Source: Squalus acanthias | Taxonomy: Eukaryota | Reading direction: 5' to 3' | Assembly (NCBI GenBank): GCA_030390025.1 | Contig: CM059431.1 | Location: 96,908,001-96,972,000 of the forward strand | DNA length: 64,000 bases | Shown: in pieces, positions 12,701 through 24,900 of the stretch | Position numbering within the stretch: position 1 is the first letter of the stretch | Layout of the letters: every line of letters begins with the position of its first letter | Translations under genes and position numbers: made by a program | Notes under the pieces: model-generated | What the model was told of the DNA's origin: nothing | The model's database searches: none | Seen by the model: the letters and a program-made list of their open reading frames with translations, nothing else

Positions 12701-13279
12701 TGAATGAGTCCACAGCATTGAGCAAATTAAAACCCCAAAACATCACCTCAAAACCCAACTACTGCAAGGGATTTTCTCTGTGGGGAACATTTTTTGTTAT
12801 CTGTGATCAGCCTATTTCTGAAGCATGGGTTTAGGAGGCAAGTTGTACAGTTATTTTTCAGGAATTAACTGAGTACAGCACATGCTGTTTCGTTACATTA
12901 TTCCGGGCACATCAACACCCGAGTCCACACAATACAAACCTCCGCCAGACCTCAGCCGCCCTTGGAGCTGAGCCCGGCCCGGCCCAGCCAGACCCCACTG
13001 CCTCCCTCTGAGTCCACGGCTTCTCTCTCACTGGCGCAGCACCGCCTGCCCGTACAGCCCTTTCCCGTCCCATCCTGGGAACCTGCGAACCGGGGCACGT
13101 TGCCTCCTCTCTTCCTGCCTCCCTGGGTTTTAAAAAGGGTAAAATACAGGTAGAAGGTTCAATATCGTGCTCCCGGTGCGCTGCCGGGGCTGCCGGCGAT
13201 TTCCCATCTATTCAATAGTGGGCTGGCCGCCTGGTACACCGACAGCAGACAGACATCAAATAAGCTGACAGCTCATCGA

Positions 13280-13372
13280 CTGTTTCTCTCTCCACAGAAG
13301 CTGCCTGACCTGCTGAGTATTTCCAGCATTTTCTGTTTCTATTTCAGATCTCCAGCATCCGCAGTGTTTTGC
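13280..13372 (+). mobile_element. Older Penelope-like terminal fragment
   Basis: ctgtttctctctccacagaagctgcctgacctgctgagtatttccagc...ccagcatccgcagtgttttgc. Confidence 0.8.
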
Positions 13373-13514
13373 TTTGTTTTTATTTTATGAAAGAAAGGCT
13401 CCCGATTACCTTAGTGAAGGGACCTGTGTGAGGGCACAGGACAACCATGGAGACTTACACAACAGTGGGTGGGAAACATTGAGGAAAGGAGTCAACAGAT
13501 TGAGTTATATCGCG

Positions 13515-13748
13515 AAATAACAACAGAAAACGCTGGAAAAACTCAGCAGGCCAGGTAGCATCCGTGGAGAGAGAAACAGAGTCGATGAGCTGTCAGCTTA
13601 TTTGATGTCTGTCTGCTGTCTGACGAAAGGTCTTCGACCTGAAACGTTAACTCTGTTTCTCTCTCCACGGATGCTGCCTGGCCTACTGAGTTTTCCAGCG
13701 TTTTCTGTTGTTATTTCGGATTTCCAGCATCCGCAGTATTTTGCTATC
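13515..13748. mobile_element. Inverted pair of Penelope-like termini with captured 40-bp spacer and 13-bp TSD
   Basis: Minus terminus 13515-13580, spacer 13581-13620, plus terminus 13620-13748 with ctgacga...gaaacgtt; gagttatatcgcg at 13502-13514 and 13749-13761. Confidence 0.88.
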
Positions 13749-14210
13749 GAGTTATATCGCGTCTTGACTGTAGAGAAACAGCCTGAGGCTTCTCAGAGGA
13801 GCATCAATTTACTGACACATTGCTATCAGCATATTATGAAAAACTAATCCAATCTAATCGTTGACACGGTGCACAGATGCTGCTATTGCCTCCAAAGGGT
13901 TAATTTATTTGATAGAATAAAATATAAAAAGACTTCCCATCACTTTCTGCCGCTTTGCGGTTCAGTAAAATGTCAGTCATTTATCACCCGCTCAATGACG
14001 TCTTCCAATGCTAACATCTCACTAATTTGCAAGTTATCTGCAGTTCCATTCACCTCCTTTTCTAACAATACACCTCTGCTTCTGCACCTCACGGATGAAG
14101 CAAATGTGGTTTCATATTTAGCGCGAGCGATCACAGGGAATTGGCTCAATGTTACTCGCTTCACTGCTCAGAGTGACCATCCTTCAACTCTAATGATTGA
14201 GGGCGTCAGT

Positions 14211-16697
14211 TCCCAGTCTGACCCTAACCTGTGGTCACTCTCAGCGCTCCCAGTCTGACCCTAACCTGTGGTCACTCTCAGAGCTCCCAGCCTGACCCTA
14301 ACCTGTGGTTGCTCTCAGCGCTCCCAGTCTGACCCTAACCTGTGGCCGCTCTCAGCGCTCCCAGTCTGACCCTAACCTGTGGTCACTCTCAGAGCTCCCA
14401 GTCTGACCGTCACCTGTGGTCACTCTCAGAGCTCCCAGCCTGACTGTAGCCTGTGGTCACTCTCAGAGCTCCCAGTCTGACCCTAACCTGTGGTCACTCT
14501 CAGAGATCCCAGTCTGACCGTAACCTGTGGTCACTCCCCGAGCTCCCAGTCTGACTGTCACCTGTGGTCACTCTCAAAGATCCCAGTCAGACCCTAACCT
14601 GTGGTCACTCTCAGAGTTCCAAGCCTGACTGTAGCCTGTGGTCACTCTCAGAGCTCCCAGTCTGACCCTAACCTGTGGTCACTCTCAGAGCTCCCAGTCT
14701 GACCGTAACCTGTGGCCACTCTCAGAGCTCCAAGTCTGACCTTAACCTGTGGTCACTCTCAGAGCTCCCAGTCTGACCGTAACCTGTGGTCACTCCCCGA
14801 GCTCCCAGTCTGACCCTAACCTGTGGTCACTCTCAGAGCTCCCAGCCTGACCCTAACCTGTGGTCACTCTCAGAGCTCCCAGTCTGACCGTAACCTGTGG
14901 TCACTCTCAGAGCTCCCAGCCTGACCCTAACCTGTGGTCACTCTCAGAGCTCCCAGTCTGACCGTAACCTGTGGTCACTCTCAGAGCTCCTAGTCTGACC
15001 GTCACCTGTGGTCATTCTCGGAGCTCCCAGTCTGATCCTAACCTGTGGTCACTCTCAGAACTCCTAGTCTGACCCTAACCTGTGGTCACTCTCAGAGCTC
15101 CCAGCTTGACTGTAACCTGTGGTCACTCCCAGAGCTCCCAGTCTGACCCTAACCTGTGGTCACTCTCAGAGCTCCCAGTCTGACCGTAACCTGTGGTCAC
15201 TCTCAAAGATCCCAGTCTGACCCTTACCTGTGGTCACTCCCAGAGCTCCCAGTCTGACCCTAACCTGTGGTCACTCTCAGAGCTCCCAGTCTGACCCTAT
15301 CCTGTGGTCACTCTCAGAGCTCCCAGTCTGACCGTCACCTGTGGTCATTCTCGGAGCTCCCAGTCTGATCCTAACCTGTGGTCACTCTCAGAACTCCTAG
15401 TCTGACCCTAACCTGTGGTCACTCTCAGAGCTCCCAGCTTGACTGTAACCTGTGGTCACTCCCAGAGCTCCCAGTCTGACCCTAACCTGTGGTCACTCTC
15501 AGAGCTCCCAGCTTGACTGTAACCTGTGGTCACTCCCAGAGCTCCCAGTCTGACCCTAACCTGTGGTCACTCCCAGAGCTCCCAGTCTGACCGTAACCTG
15601 TGGTCACTCTCAAAGATCCCAGTCTGACCCTTACCTGTGGTCACTCTCAGAGCTCCCAGCCTGACCGTAAACTGTGGTCACTCTCAGAGCTCCCAGTCTG
15701 ACCGTATCCTGTGGTCACTCTCAGAGTTCCCAGTATGACATAACCAGTGGTCACTCTCAGAGCTCACAGCCTGATGTAACCTGTGGTTACTCCCCGAGCT
15801 CCCAGCCTGACCGTAACCTGTGGTCACTCAGTGCTCCCAGTCTGACTGTAACCTTCGGGCACTCTCAGAGCAACAGTATGACTGTAACCTGTGGTCGCTC
15901 TTATAGTGACTGTCTGACTATAACCTACGGGCACTCTCATAGACAGTCTGACTGTAACCTGTGCGCACTCTCATAGACAGTCTGATTGTAACCTGTGGGC
16001 ACTCTCAGAGTGACAGTCTGACTGTAATGTGCGGGCATTCTCATAGACGGTCTGACTGCAACCTGTGGTCACTCTTATAGTGACAGTCTGACCATAACCT
16101 GTGGGCACTCTCAGAGCGACAGTCTGACTATAACCTGTGGGCACTCTCATTGACAGTATGACTGTAACTTGTGGGCACTCATAGTGACAGTCTGACCGTA
16201 ACTTGTGGGCACTCTCAGAGCAACAGTCTGACTGTAACCTGTGGGCACTCTCAGAGCGACAGTCTGACTGTAACCTGTGGGCACTCTCAGAGCAACAGTC
16301 TGACTGTAACCTGTGGCACTCTCAGAGCGACAGTCTGACTGTAACCTGTGGGCACTCTCAGAGCAACAGTCTGACTGTAACCTGTGGCACTCTCAGAGCG
16401 ACAGTCTGACTGTAACCTGTGGGCACTCATAGTGACAGTCTGACTGTAACCTGTGGGCACTCTCAGAGCAACAGTCTGACTGTAACCTGTGGGCACTCTC
16501 AGTGCGACAGTCTGACTGTAACCTGTGGGCACTCTCAGAGCAACAGTCTGACCGTAACCTGTGGGCACTCATAGTGACAGTCTGACTGTAACTTGTGGGC
16601 ACTCTCAGAGCGACAGTCTGACTGTAACCTGTGGGCACTCTCAGAGCGACAGTCTGACTGTAACCTGTGGGCACTCTCAGAGCGACAGTCTGACTGT
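14211..16697. repeat. 2.5-kb minisatellite: 37-bp domain grading into a 36-bp domain
   Basis: Left unit cagtctgaccctaacctgtggtcactctcagagctcc; right unit cagtctgactgtaacctgtgggcactctcagagcga; transition about 15700-16200. Confidence 0.97.
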
Positions 16698-17874
16698 TAC
16701 TGGAATGTTAGCGAGGTCTGACAGTTGAAATAGCCTGGGTTTCAAATTTTCTGCAGCGAGAGTGTTTTGAAATTGTCACATCAGCCCAAACAACCCCTCT
16801 GATTTTCGACTTGCTGAACCCTATTGCACATTTTATAAGCCTCGAAACACCTTTTATTGAGCACACGTTGCCAGGTCCTCATGAAGCAATTGTGGCCTTT
16901 TCTCATTGTGCACACTCCCTGACCCACAGGGATATATGAGGCTTCTGTCCCTTACAGTGTATTTTTCAAAGTGTTCTTTTGTTGCAGAGATCCTCACTCA
17001 GCTCCAGCTCCAATTTAACTGTTGCTAGGCCTCTCTTCATTTCCGCAAACCGAGCCTTTTGAAAATGTGGCACCAACAAACTATTATCCATCGCCTTCGA
17101 CAGCCCCAGGTATTAAATCTGATGATGGAGTGGCTCCAATCAGCAAGGTGCTCCCCAGCTCACCTATCAGCTATGGCTCATTACTGATCACTAGCTCCTC
17201 CTGTGCTAGTTACTGTCCCCTCCTGTGCTAGTTCTCACAAGCTGAATTAAGAAGCAATTTTGGATTGCTTCAATAAATGATTCCTGGGGCCTCATACCTT
17301 CTCTGCCTGGCCCTGGTTTGTCCACCTTATAAGTGGATGATTGAAATTTCCCATCACCAGTACCACCCTCTCCTTGGCTCCCTCAGTAATTTGTTTGCAG
17401 CTGCAGACTCATTTCTAATTCCAGATCTGGTGGCCTTGAACAGAAACTGAGAAGCATTCTGGGCTTTCTGACCAACTCCAAGTTGTAGCCAGAGGGCGGA
17501 ATGTTCCTCCTGGTTGGGCAAGGTTTCCGCGCAATTTGCCCCAATTACTGCCCCAAATCCATCGCCTGAGAACACTGCCATTATACAGGTAAAGGGATGA
17601 GCTGCACAGCAGCTACCACATCGAGGCCATCTTGGTTATGATATCTGAAACGTGAGACTTTGCCTGGACATTGATTTTACCTGTTTGTAGCTATGGGGCT
17701 TCTCTGAACTTCTCCAGCCAGTTATAGTGAGAACTGGAGAAAGTTTTGTTTTGGACTTGAGAAATTGATTTCTCAATGGGTATCCCTCTCTTCTTGTGCT
17801 ATTAACATGAATAAATGGAGGAAGTGAGATTGGAAGAACTTAGAGTGAGACACACCGAAGATGTTTGTTCCACT

Positions 17875-18650
17875 AGAGTTTACAGACCTGGAAAGTCTTA
17901 TTTAGATTGCACTGACTGCCAGTGCCTAGAAGGCTGCGTCGCCCCCCCCCCTCCACTCCCCCCCCCGTGGCTACTGGGGAGTTACACCAGCTGCTGACTG
18001 AAGACCTGCAGCCCACTTCCACCAGGAGAACAGCACTGTCTGTAGTAGTCACCACTGCCGCACATTTTTATTTGCCACTGGATCTTTCCAGGCAGCCTCG
18101 GGTGTACTTTTCCACATTAGTCAGGCAGCAGATCACCATTGCATGTTGACGAGCGCTACCCAGGACATCTTCATCATGTGCCACTCCACCACAGCAGCCT
18201 AATGGCTGAAAACCATTGGCTGGCTGATTGGTAATTGGCCTATCTCCAGCAGTCATGACTTCTGACTTCAGTGAGACCTCTGCAGACAGAGGGGAGAACG
18301 GAGCTAATGAGGCCCGCGGGACACCAACAAGTGTGATAGAGCAGAGCATTGGCATTCTGGCATCTGTCTTTAGATACCTGGATCCATCTGGTGGAGCCCT
18401 GCACTAGAAGCCCAACAAGAATCTCCAAGATCATTGTTACCCATTGCAGACTGTATACTGTCACTATGCAGGAAGGACTTCTACTTCCTGAAGCTGAAGG
18501 GAACAAAGATGATGAAGAGGAAGGAGGTGGTCGTCCATCCCCACATTAGGAGGAGGATGTACAGGAAGGAAAGGAGATGGAGCAAGAGATTCATCAGTCT
18601 GCAGACAGAGAAGGGAGGCGGCAACTTACAGCTGAGTGTTTTCGGTAAAT
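17875..18650 (+). pseudogene. Decayed Harbinger DDE transposase (HARBI1-like), internally deleted
   Basis: Across frames: VYRPGKSYL, ELHQLLTEDLQPTSTRRTALSV, ATGSFQ, GWLIG, VIEQSIGIL..FRYLDPSGGAL, ISKIIVTHCRL and an acidic tail. The C-terminal part aligns by eye with ORF 63511..63969. Confidence 0.85.
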
Positions 18651-19554
18651 AAAAGCTGTGAAACCGAATAAAATCACCCCTCTCCCGAACTGAACCTCCC
18701 CCAGCCATGCACCACGCGTATTCTGATCTTTTCAGGCAGGCACCCATCACAATGAGATGAGGCTCTTCTGAAGAGAACACAATTTTCCACTTGTCATACT
18801 TTGATAGTAATAAATCTCCCAGTGACTGACAGGGTGATTGTAAAATACTTTCCCACCAAATGGGCCCGAAGCATGAAAGTCTTCTTGTTGCAATATTGTA
18901 TTTATTTACATTTACTACAAACAGAGACAGTCACATCATTCAAAGGTTTGGTAAAGCCTCCGAGTGCATTCACAGACACTGGTGATGAAACAGTCTCCAA
19001 TTCATTTATTGAATAGATTGTGGCATGAGGAGGATTTTTTCCTTATTTACCAATCAAAAACTAGGTTTTCAAACTTGACATTGTGACTGTTTTCTGTTCC
19101 CTGACCTGCAGTTCACCGATCGCCGTTTGAAAACCTGAATAAATATGGTAACGTTGCAGAGCCGGGCTGAAGTCAAGGCTTCCCTTTCTCCGGAAATTTC
19201 AATAGATCCATCTCGCAGTTTACAACAAATTAAAACTGCCCTGGATTTCTGTAATAAAGGTGTCGAGTCTTTGACCTTTTATGTTTGCCAGTGATCTGAC
19301 TTATTAGAAAACAATCCAATTCTGTATTGTGGCAGAAGTAAGTATTCCTGTCATTAGTTTTCTGTGTTTTCAGGTGTCTTGGGTTCTAATAGAGGCTGCT
19401 CATTTTCTGAGAGACAGGAGGCAGCCAAGTGATGAGAAAGGCGAAGTTCATTTCGATCAGGTTGCAGCAGCAACAACTAGAATCTTTGATAATGCAGGTG
19501 AAACAATAAAAGGTTTCCTTAACCACTTCTGGGGTATAACACACAACCATCAAA

Positions 19555-19790
19555 TAAAAACTTGTATTTATATAGCGCCTTTAACGCAGTCAAACGTCCC
19601 AAGTCCCTTCACAGGAGCGTAATCAGATAAAATTTGACACAGGCCACCGATATCAGGACAGGTGACCAAAAGCCTGGTCACAGAGGTCGGTTTTAAGGAG
19701 CATCTTAAAGGAGGAGAGAGAGGCGGAGAGGTTTAGGGAGGGAATTCCAGAGCTTGGGGCCCAGGCAGCTGAAGGCACGGCCGCCCATAG
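19555..19790 (-). mobile_element. L2-type LINE 3' end
   Basis: Minus strand encodes SLSSFKMLLKTDLCDQAF and ends in gttaaaggcgctatataaatacaag, a typical L2-group tail. Confidence 0.8.
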
Positions 19791-20291
19791 TAATAGGATA
19801 TAGTTGCTGCATTGGTGGATAAGCATGTTTGAAATGTTAATATAAGCAGCTGTGACACACCGATGTGCCGGCATAGATTTTCTGCCCATGCACCGCTAGT
19901 TTGTTTTGGCAAAGCTAGGGCTAACTGAGGTGGGCAATTACTCGGGGATATGCTCAGCCATGTGCTTGCCTCCTGCTATGCCACCTCCCCAATTTCCCAC
20001 TCCCCAGCTCAGCATCATTTATTGTACCCATCCACATGTGCACGGGCAAATCGAGACAACGTGCCGATGACAGTTTACTCAATCTATAGCACCGCCTTAC
20101 AAACAATATACAGAACCCGTTTACCAAAAGCATACAAGGGAGTATTCCCCTCGCCTCCCGCATCCTGTGGAAACGAGGCAGATGAGCAATTAAAATAGCC
20201 TGGGAATTTACTGCCCCATTGCCGCTCCCACCGCACACTCTTTTTAGGCTGCTGCCTCGTGAATATGTGAAAATGGGTGTCGAATTATGTC

Positions 20292-21842
20292 GATAGCAAA
20301 ATACTGCGGATGCTGGAAATCCAAAATAACAACAGAAAACGCTGGAAAAACTCAGCAGGCCAGGGAGCATCCGTGGAGCGAGAAACAGAGTTAACGTTTC
20401 AGGTCACAGACCTTTTGTCAGAACTGGAAAAAAGCAGGAAATGAAATAGATTTAAAGCAAGTATAAAGCTGGGAAAAGGGGGAGGGGATGAAGGAACAAA
20501 AGGGAAGGTCAGTGGTAGGAGAGATTAAGAGACATTGAGAGACATTAAGAGATAATCAAGGCAAGAGGAGGTGGTAATGTGACAGGTTGAGGCTAGATGA
20601 AGTGTGAAATGCGCTGGCAGAATGAAGGACAGCTGCCAGCTTCTGGGAGGGATAAAAAAGGCCAAACAAAAGGGTAGATGAAAAAATAAAATAAAAATTT
20701 ATATTTTTACATTTACATTTATATTTTTTTATTTTATTTTTTCATCCACCCTTTTGTTTGGCCTTTTTTCCCCCTCCCAGAAGCTGGCAGCTGTCCTTCA
20801 TTCTGCCAGCGCATCTCACACTTCATCTAGCCTCAACCTGTCACATTAACACCTCCTCTTGCCTTGAATATCTCTTAATGTCTCTCAATGTCTCTTAGGG
20901 CTGGATTTTCATTGACCCGTGGAGGCGGGTTTGGAGGCGTGTGGGGGGTTAAAATTGCAAAAACTGGCGGGCGGGCACAGGTCCGCCTCCATCCCGCCTC
21001 CACGCAATTTTCATTAAATCGTGTCTGCTGGTCCCGACTCCATCCCGCCTTTAAGAGGCAGGATAGGCTGTTAAGGCCCTTAACAAGCACTAAATTGGCT
21101 CTATAATGCCATTTTGAAAGGCCTTTGTGATTTTAACCCTTGATCTACGTGAAGCACGCCTGTTCTGAACCACGATTGTGAAACCTGGCGGGAGCACATT
21201 TGGATAGCTGACTATCAGCTGCAGGTCCACTATTACAACGGAGATGTGATGAAGGTAGTAGTAGTATTAGGTCTGAAAGTCGCCTCTGATGCTGCTGCAT
21301 TGAACGTCTTCAGAGACTGCCTGGCCTTTGCTGTGAGAGGACCTGGATGCAAAAAAAAAATCTCTCTCTCTCTCTCTCGCTGCTGCTCATTTTGCATCCA
21401 GGTCCTCTCACAGCAAAGGCCAGGCAGTCTCTGACCTTCAATGCAGCAGCAATGATGACATCATCAGAGGCGACTTTCAGACTGAAAACACTAATTGGTT
21501 CATGGGTTCCCACATGCTGGAACTCAATTGCCCAATTAGGTGAAAATTGCATCAATCTCCCACATCCAATTGCAGTCGGGTGGATAACATGAAATGTGGA
21601 TGACACGACCCCAACCCACCCCAGTATCAAAATCCAGCCCTTAATCTCTCCCACCACTGACCTTCCCTTTTGTTCTTTTATCCCCTCCCCCTTTTCCCAG
21701 CTTTATACTTGCTTTAAATCTATTTCATTTCCTGCTTTTTTCCAGTTCTGACAAAAGGTCTTCGACCTGAAACGTTAACTCTGTTTCTCTCTCCACGGAT
21801 GCTGCCTGGCCTGCTGAGTTTTTTCGGCATTTTCTGTTGTTA
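20292..21842. mobile_element. Fold-back Penelope-like insertion (two ~0.4-kb inverted arms), interrupted by a MITE
   Basis: 20322-20700 is the near-exact reverse complement of 20720-20897 plus 21641-21842; 14-bp TSD tgtcgaattatgtc at 20278-20291 and 21843-21856. Confidence 0.9.
20898..21640. mobile_element. Non-autonomous PIF/Harbinger MITE, 743 bp
   Basis: 12-bp TIR gggctggatttt / aaaatccagccc; TTA duplicated on both sides; the empty site is preserved in the other palindrome arm. Confidence 0.92.
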
Positions 21843-21877
21843 TGTCGAATTATGTCATTAGGACCACGATGCAATTT

Positions 21878-22900
21878 TAATAGGAATTAGAAAAGACTTT
21901 AAAAAGAGGCACATGACAAAACAAGGGAAAAGAATACAGATAAAAATCAAATGGAGTATACAAACTATGGAGGGGAAGCAAAAAGACTAGAAAGGCTAAG
22001 AGGGGCTTGGAGAACGACTGGCAGGGAACACAAAAGAAAATAGTAAAGGATATTATAAACACATAAAAAGTGAAAGAATAGTTAAAGGTACAGCTGAGAT
22101 TAAAAAGGAAATCTTGTGGAGGATAATGGAATAGCAGAGATACTAAATGAGGACTTGGCTTGGATTTTCATGGAAGAGTGTGGTAGTGGGAATGAAAAGA
22201 TACAAGAGGAGGAGGTGTTAATTCTGGCTGGAGGTAATCCTGGAGGTTTGATCACGTGACATCTCTAAATATTTCTTGTACCTTAAACCGGTCGGTCCCC
22301 AGTATAATCTTTCTCCAGGAGTTCGCAATGGCTGCTGTTGTGTGAGAAGTTCCGAGAGTCAGGACCACCACGAGCAGGTGAAGAGGATAATCCCCGACCC
22401 CATTCCCCCGACCCATCCCCCCAACCCCTATTCCCCATCTCCCATTCCCCATCCCCCGACCCCATTCCCCATCCCCCTTGAGGTGAATAGCTTAGATACA
22501 TTTAAGGGGGATCTAGATAAGTACATGAGGGAGAAAGGAATAGAAGGTTATGCAGATGGAGTGAGATGAAATAGGATGGGAGGAGGGTCGTGTGGGGCAG
22601 AAACACCGACACAGACCAGTTGGGCCAAATGGCCTGTTTCTGTGCTGTAAATTCTATGTAAAATTAAAGCCAGGCCGTTCAGGAGAGAAGTTAGGAAACG
22701 CTCCACACAAAGGGTGGTAGAAGTGTGGAACTTCCTCCCACAAAAAGCAGTAGATGCTAACTCGATTAATAATTTAAAATCTGAGATCGATTTTTTCTAG
22801 CCAAGGGTATAAAGGGATATGGAGCCAAGGCAGGTGGATGGAGTTAGGATACAGATCAGCTATGATCTCATTGAATGGTGGAATAGGCTCAAGGGGCTGA
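21878..22900 (+). mobile_element. Degraded CR1 fragments including two 3' ends
   Basis: Decayed ORF2 linker 21878-22270; CR1 ends at about 22480-22660 (ggccaaatggcctgtttctgtgctgtaa) and 22665-22900. Confidence 0.7.
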
Positions 22901-22902
22901 AT

Positions 22903-24900
22903 CATAGAATCATTGAAACTTACAGCACAGAAGGAGGCCATTTGGCCTGTCGTGCCTCTGCTGGCTCTTTGAAAGAGCAGTCGTGCTTAGTCCCACATCC
23001 CACCCCCCAATTTTGTCCGTAACCCTGTAAGTTCCTCATCCTCAGGTACCCGTCCAACTCCCTTCTAAAGTTATTTATGGAATCGGCTTCCACCACCATT
23101 TCAGGTAGAGCATTCCAGTGAAAAATTTTCTCCTCATCTCCCCTCTAGATCTTTTGCCAATGATTTGAATCTGTGATCTCTGGTTATTGACCCACTTGCC
23201 AGAAGGATTAATTTTTCTCTCTCTACTCTATTAAAACCTCTCATTATACCCTCTGTTAGGTCACCTCTTAACTGTCTCTGTTCAAAGGAGAACAGTCTGA
23301 ACTTCTCCAACCTCTCCTCATAACTGAAATCCCTCATCCCTGGTAACATCCTGGTAAGCCTCCTCTGTACCCTTTCTAAGGCCTTTACATCTTTCCTGAA
23401 GTGTGGGGCCCAGAATTGTCCACAATACTCCAGCTGAGGCCTAACCAGTGATTTATAAAGTTCTAGCATGATCTCTTTGCTTTTATATTCTATTCCTCTA
23501 TTTATAAACCCAAGTAACCCATAGGCTTTATTAACCACCTTATCAACTTGCCCGGCCACCTTTAAGGATTTGGTGTATATGGACGCCAAGGTCTCTCTGC
23601 TCATCTACACTTTTCAAAATCGTGCCATTTATACTATACTGTCTTTCCATATTAACCCTCCATCTGCGATGCTTCTGCCCATTTCACCATCCCGTCTGTC
23701 ATCCCGAAGCCTGTAACTATTCTCATCACTATCTACTACTTTGCCAAGTTTCGTATCATCTGCAAACTTTATAATGTTGCTCCCTAAACCCGAGTCTAGG
23801 TCATTTATAAAAATTGCAAAGAATAATGGACCCAAAACTGACCCTTGGGGAGCACCACTGCAAACCACCTCCCAGCCTGAAAAACATCCACCCACCTTTT
23901 GCTTGTATCACTGAGCCAATTTTCTACCCATACTGCCATGTTCCCCTTAATTCCATGGGCTTCCATCATCTTAATAAGCCTCCTGTGTGGCACTTTGTCG
24001 AATGCCTTCCGAAAATCCATATATACAACATCTACTGCATTACCTTGATCAACCTTCACTGTTACCTCATCAAAGAATTCAATCAAGTTAGTCAGACACG
24101 ATTTGCCTTTAACAAATCTATGCTGGCTCACCTTGATTAACCCATGCCTTTCCAAATGAAAGTTTATTTTGTCCCTGATAATGGTTTCCAATAACTTCCC
24201 CACCACCGATGTTAGGCTGACTGGCCTGTAGTTTCCTGATGCATCCCTCTTCCCTTTCTTGAATATTGATATAACATTAGCAACCCTCCAATCCTCCAGC
24301 ACTGCTCCTGTATCCAATGAGGATTGAAAGATTAGGACCAATGCCTCTGCTATTTCTACCATTGCTTCTTTCAACAACCTAGGATGCATTCCATCCAGAC
24401 CAGGTGACTTTCCAACTTTCAGTAATGCTAATATTTTTAGTACATCTTCTCTATTACTATTCTGTCCATAACTGCCCTCTCCTCTTGTAGTGTAACCTTC
24501 ACATCATCTGCTTGCTTTGTGAAGACAGATGCAAAGTACCCATTTAATACTTTAGCCATGTCTGAGTCAATGAATATATTCAAGGCTGAGATAGACAGAT
24601 ACTTGAGCTATAGGGGAGTCAAGGGTTATGGGGAACAGGCAGGAAAGTGGAGTTGAGACCAAGATCAGATCAGCCATGATCTTATTGAATGGCGGAGCAG
24701 GCTCCAGGGGCCGAACGGCCTACTCCTGCTCCTATTTCTTATGTTCTCATGCCCTCTGCCTCTACATGAAGATTTCCCTTTTGGGTCCTTAATAGGCTCA
24801 ATGTTTCCCCTAGCGAACTTCTTACATTTTGTTTATAAAATGTTTTAGGGTTCACGTTAATGTTGCCTGCCAAATGAATGATCTACTCCTGTTCCCATCT
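22903..24900 (-). mobile_element. CR1 LINE (RT region and tail) with nested CR1 3' end
   Basis: ORFs 23805..24389, 23629..23895 and 23134..23604 are RT pieces; a plus-strand CR1 tail sits at 24561-24750 flanked by catg. Confidence 0.9.

Noticed and set aside
12941..13122. GC-rich minus-strand exon-like segment
   Set aside because: No recognisable product in the open frames; splice signals are only modest.
14211..16697. CRISPR array or telomeric tract
   Set aside because: Units of 36-37 bp abut directly with no unique spacers and no cas genes; CCCTAA occurs at most once per unit, not in tandem.
19374..19497. Exon-like segment VSWVLIEAAHFLRDRRQPSDEKGEVHFDQVAAATTRIFDNA
   Set aside because: Good acceptor but weak donor (gtgaaa), unrecognised peptide and no partner exons; would need RNA-seq.
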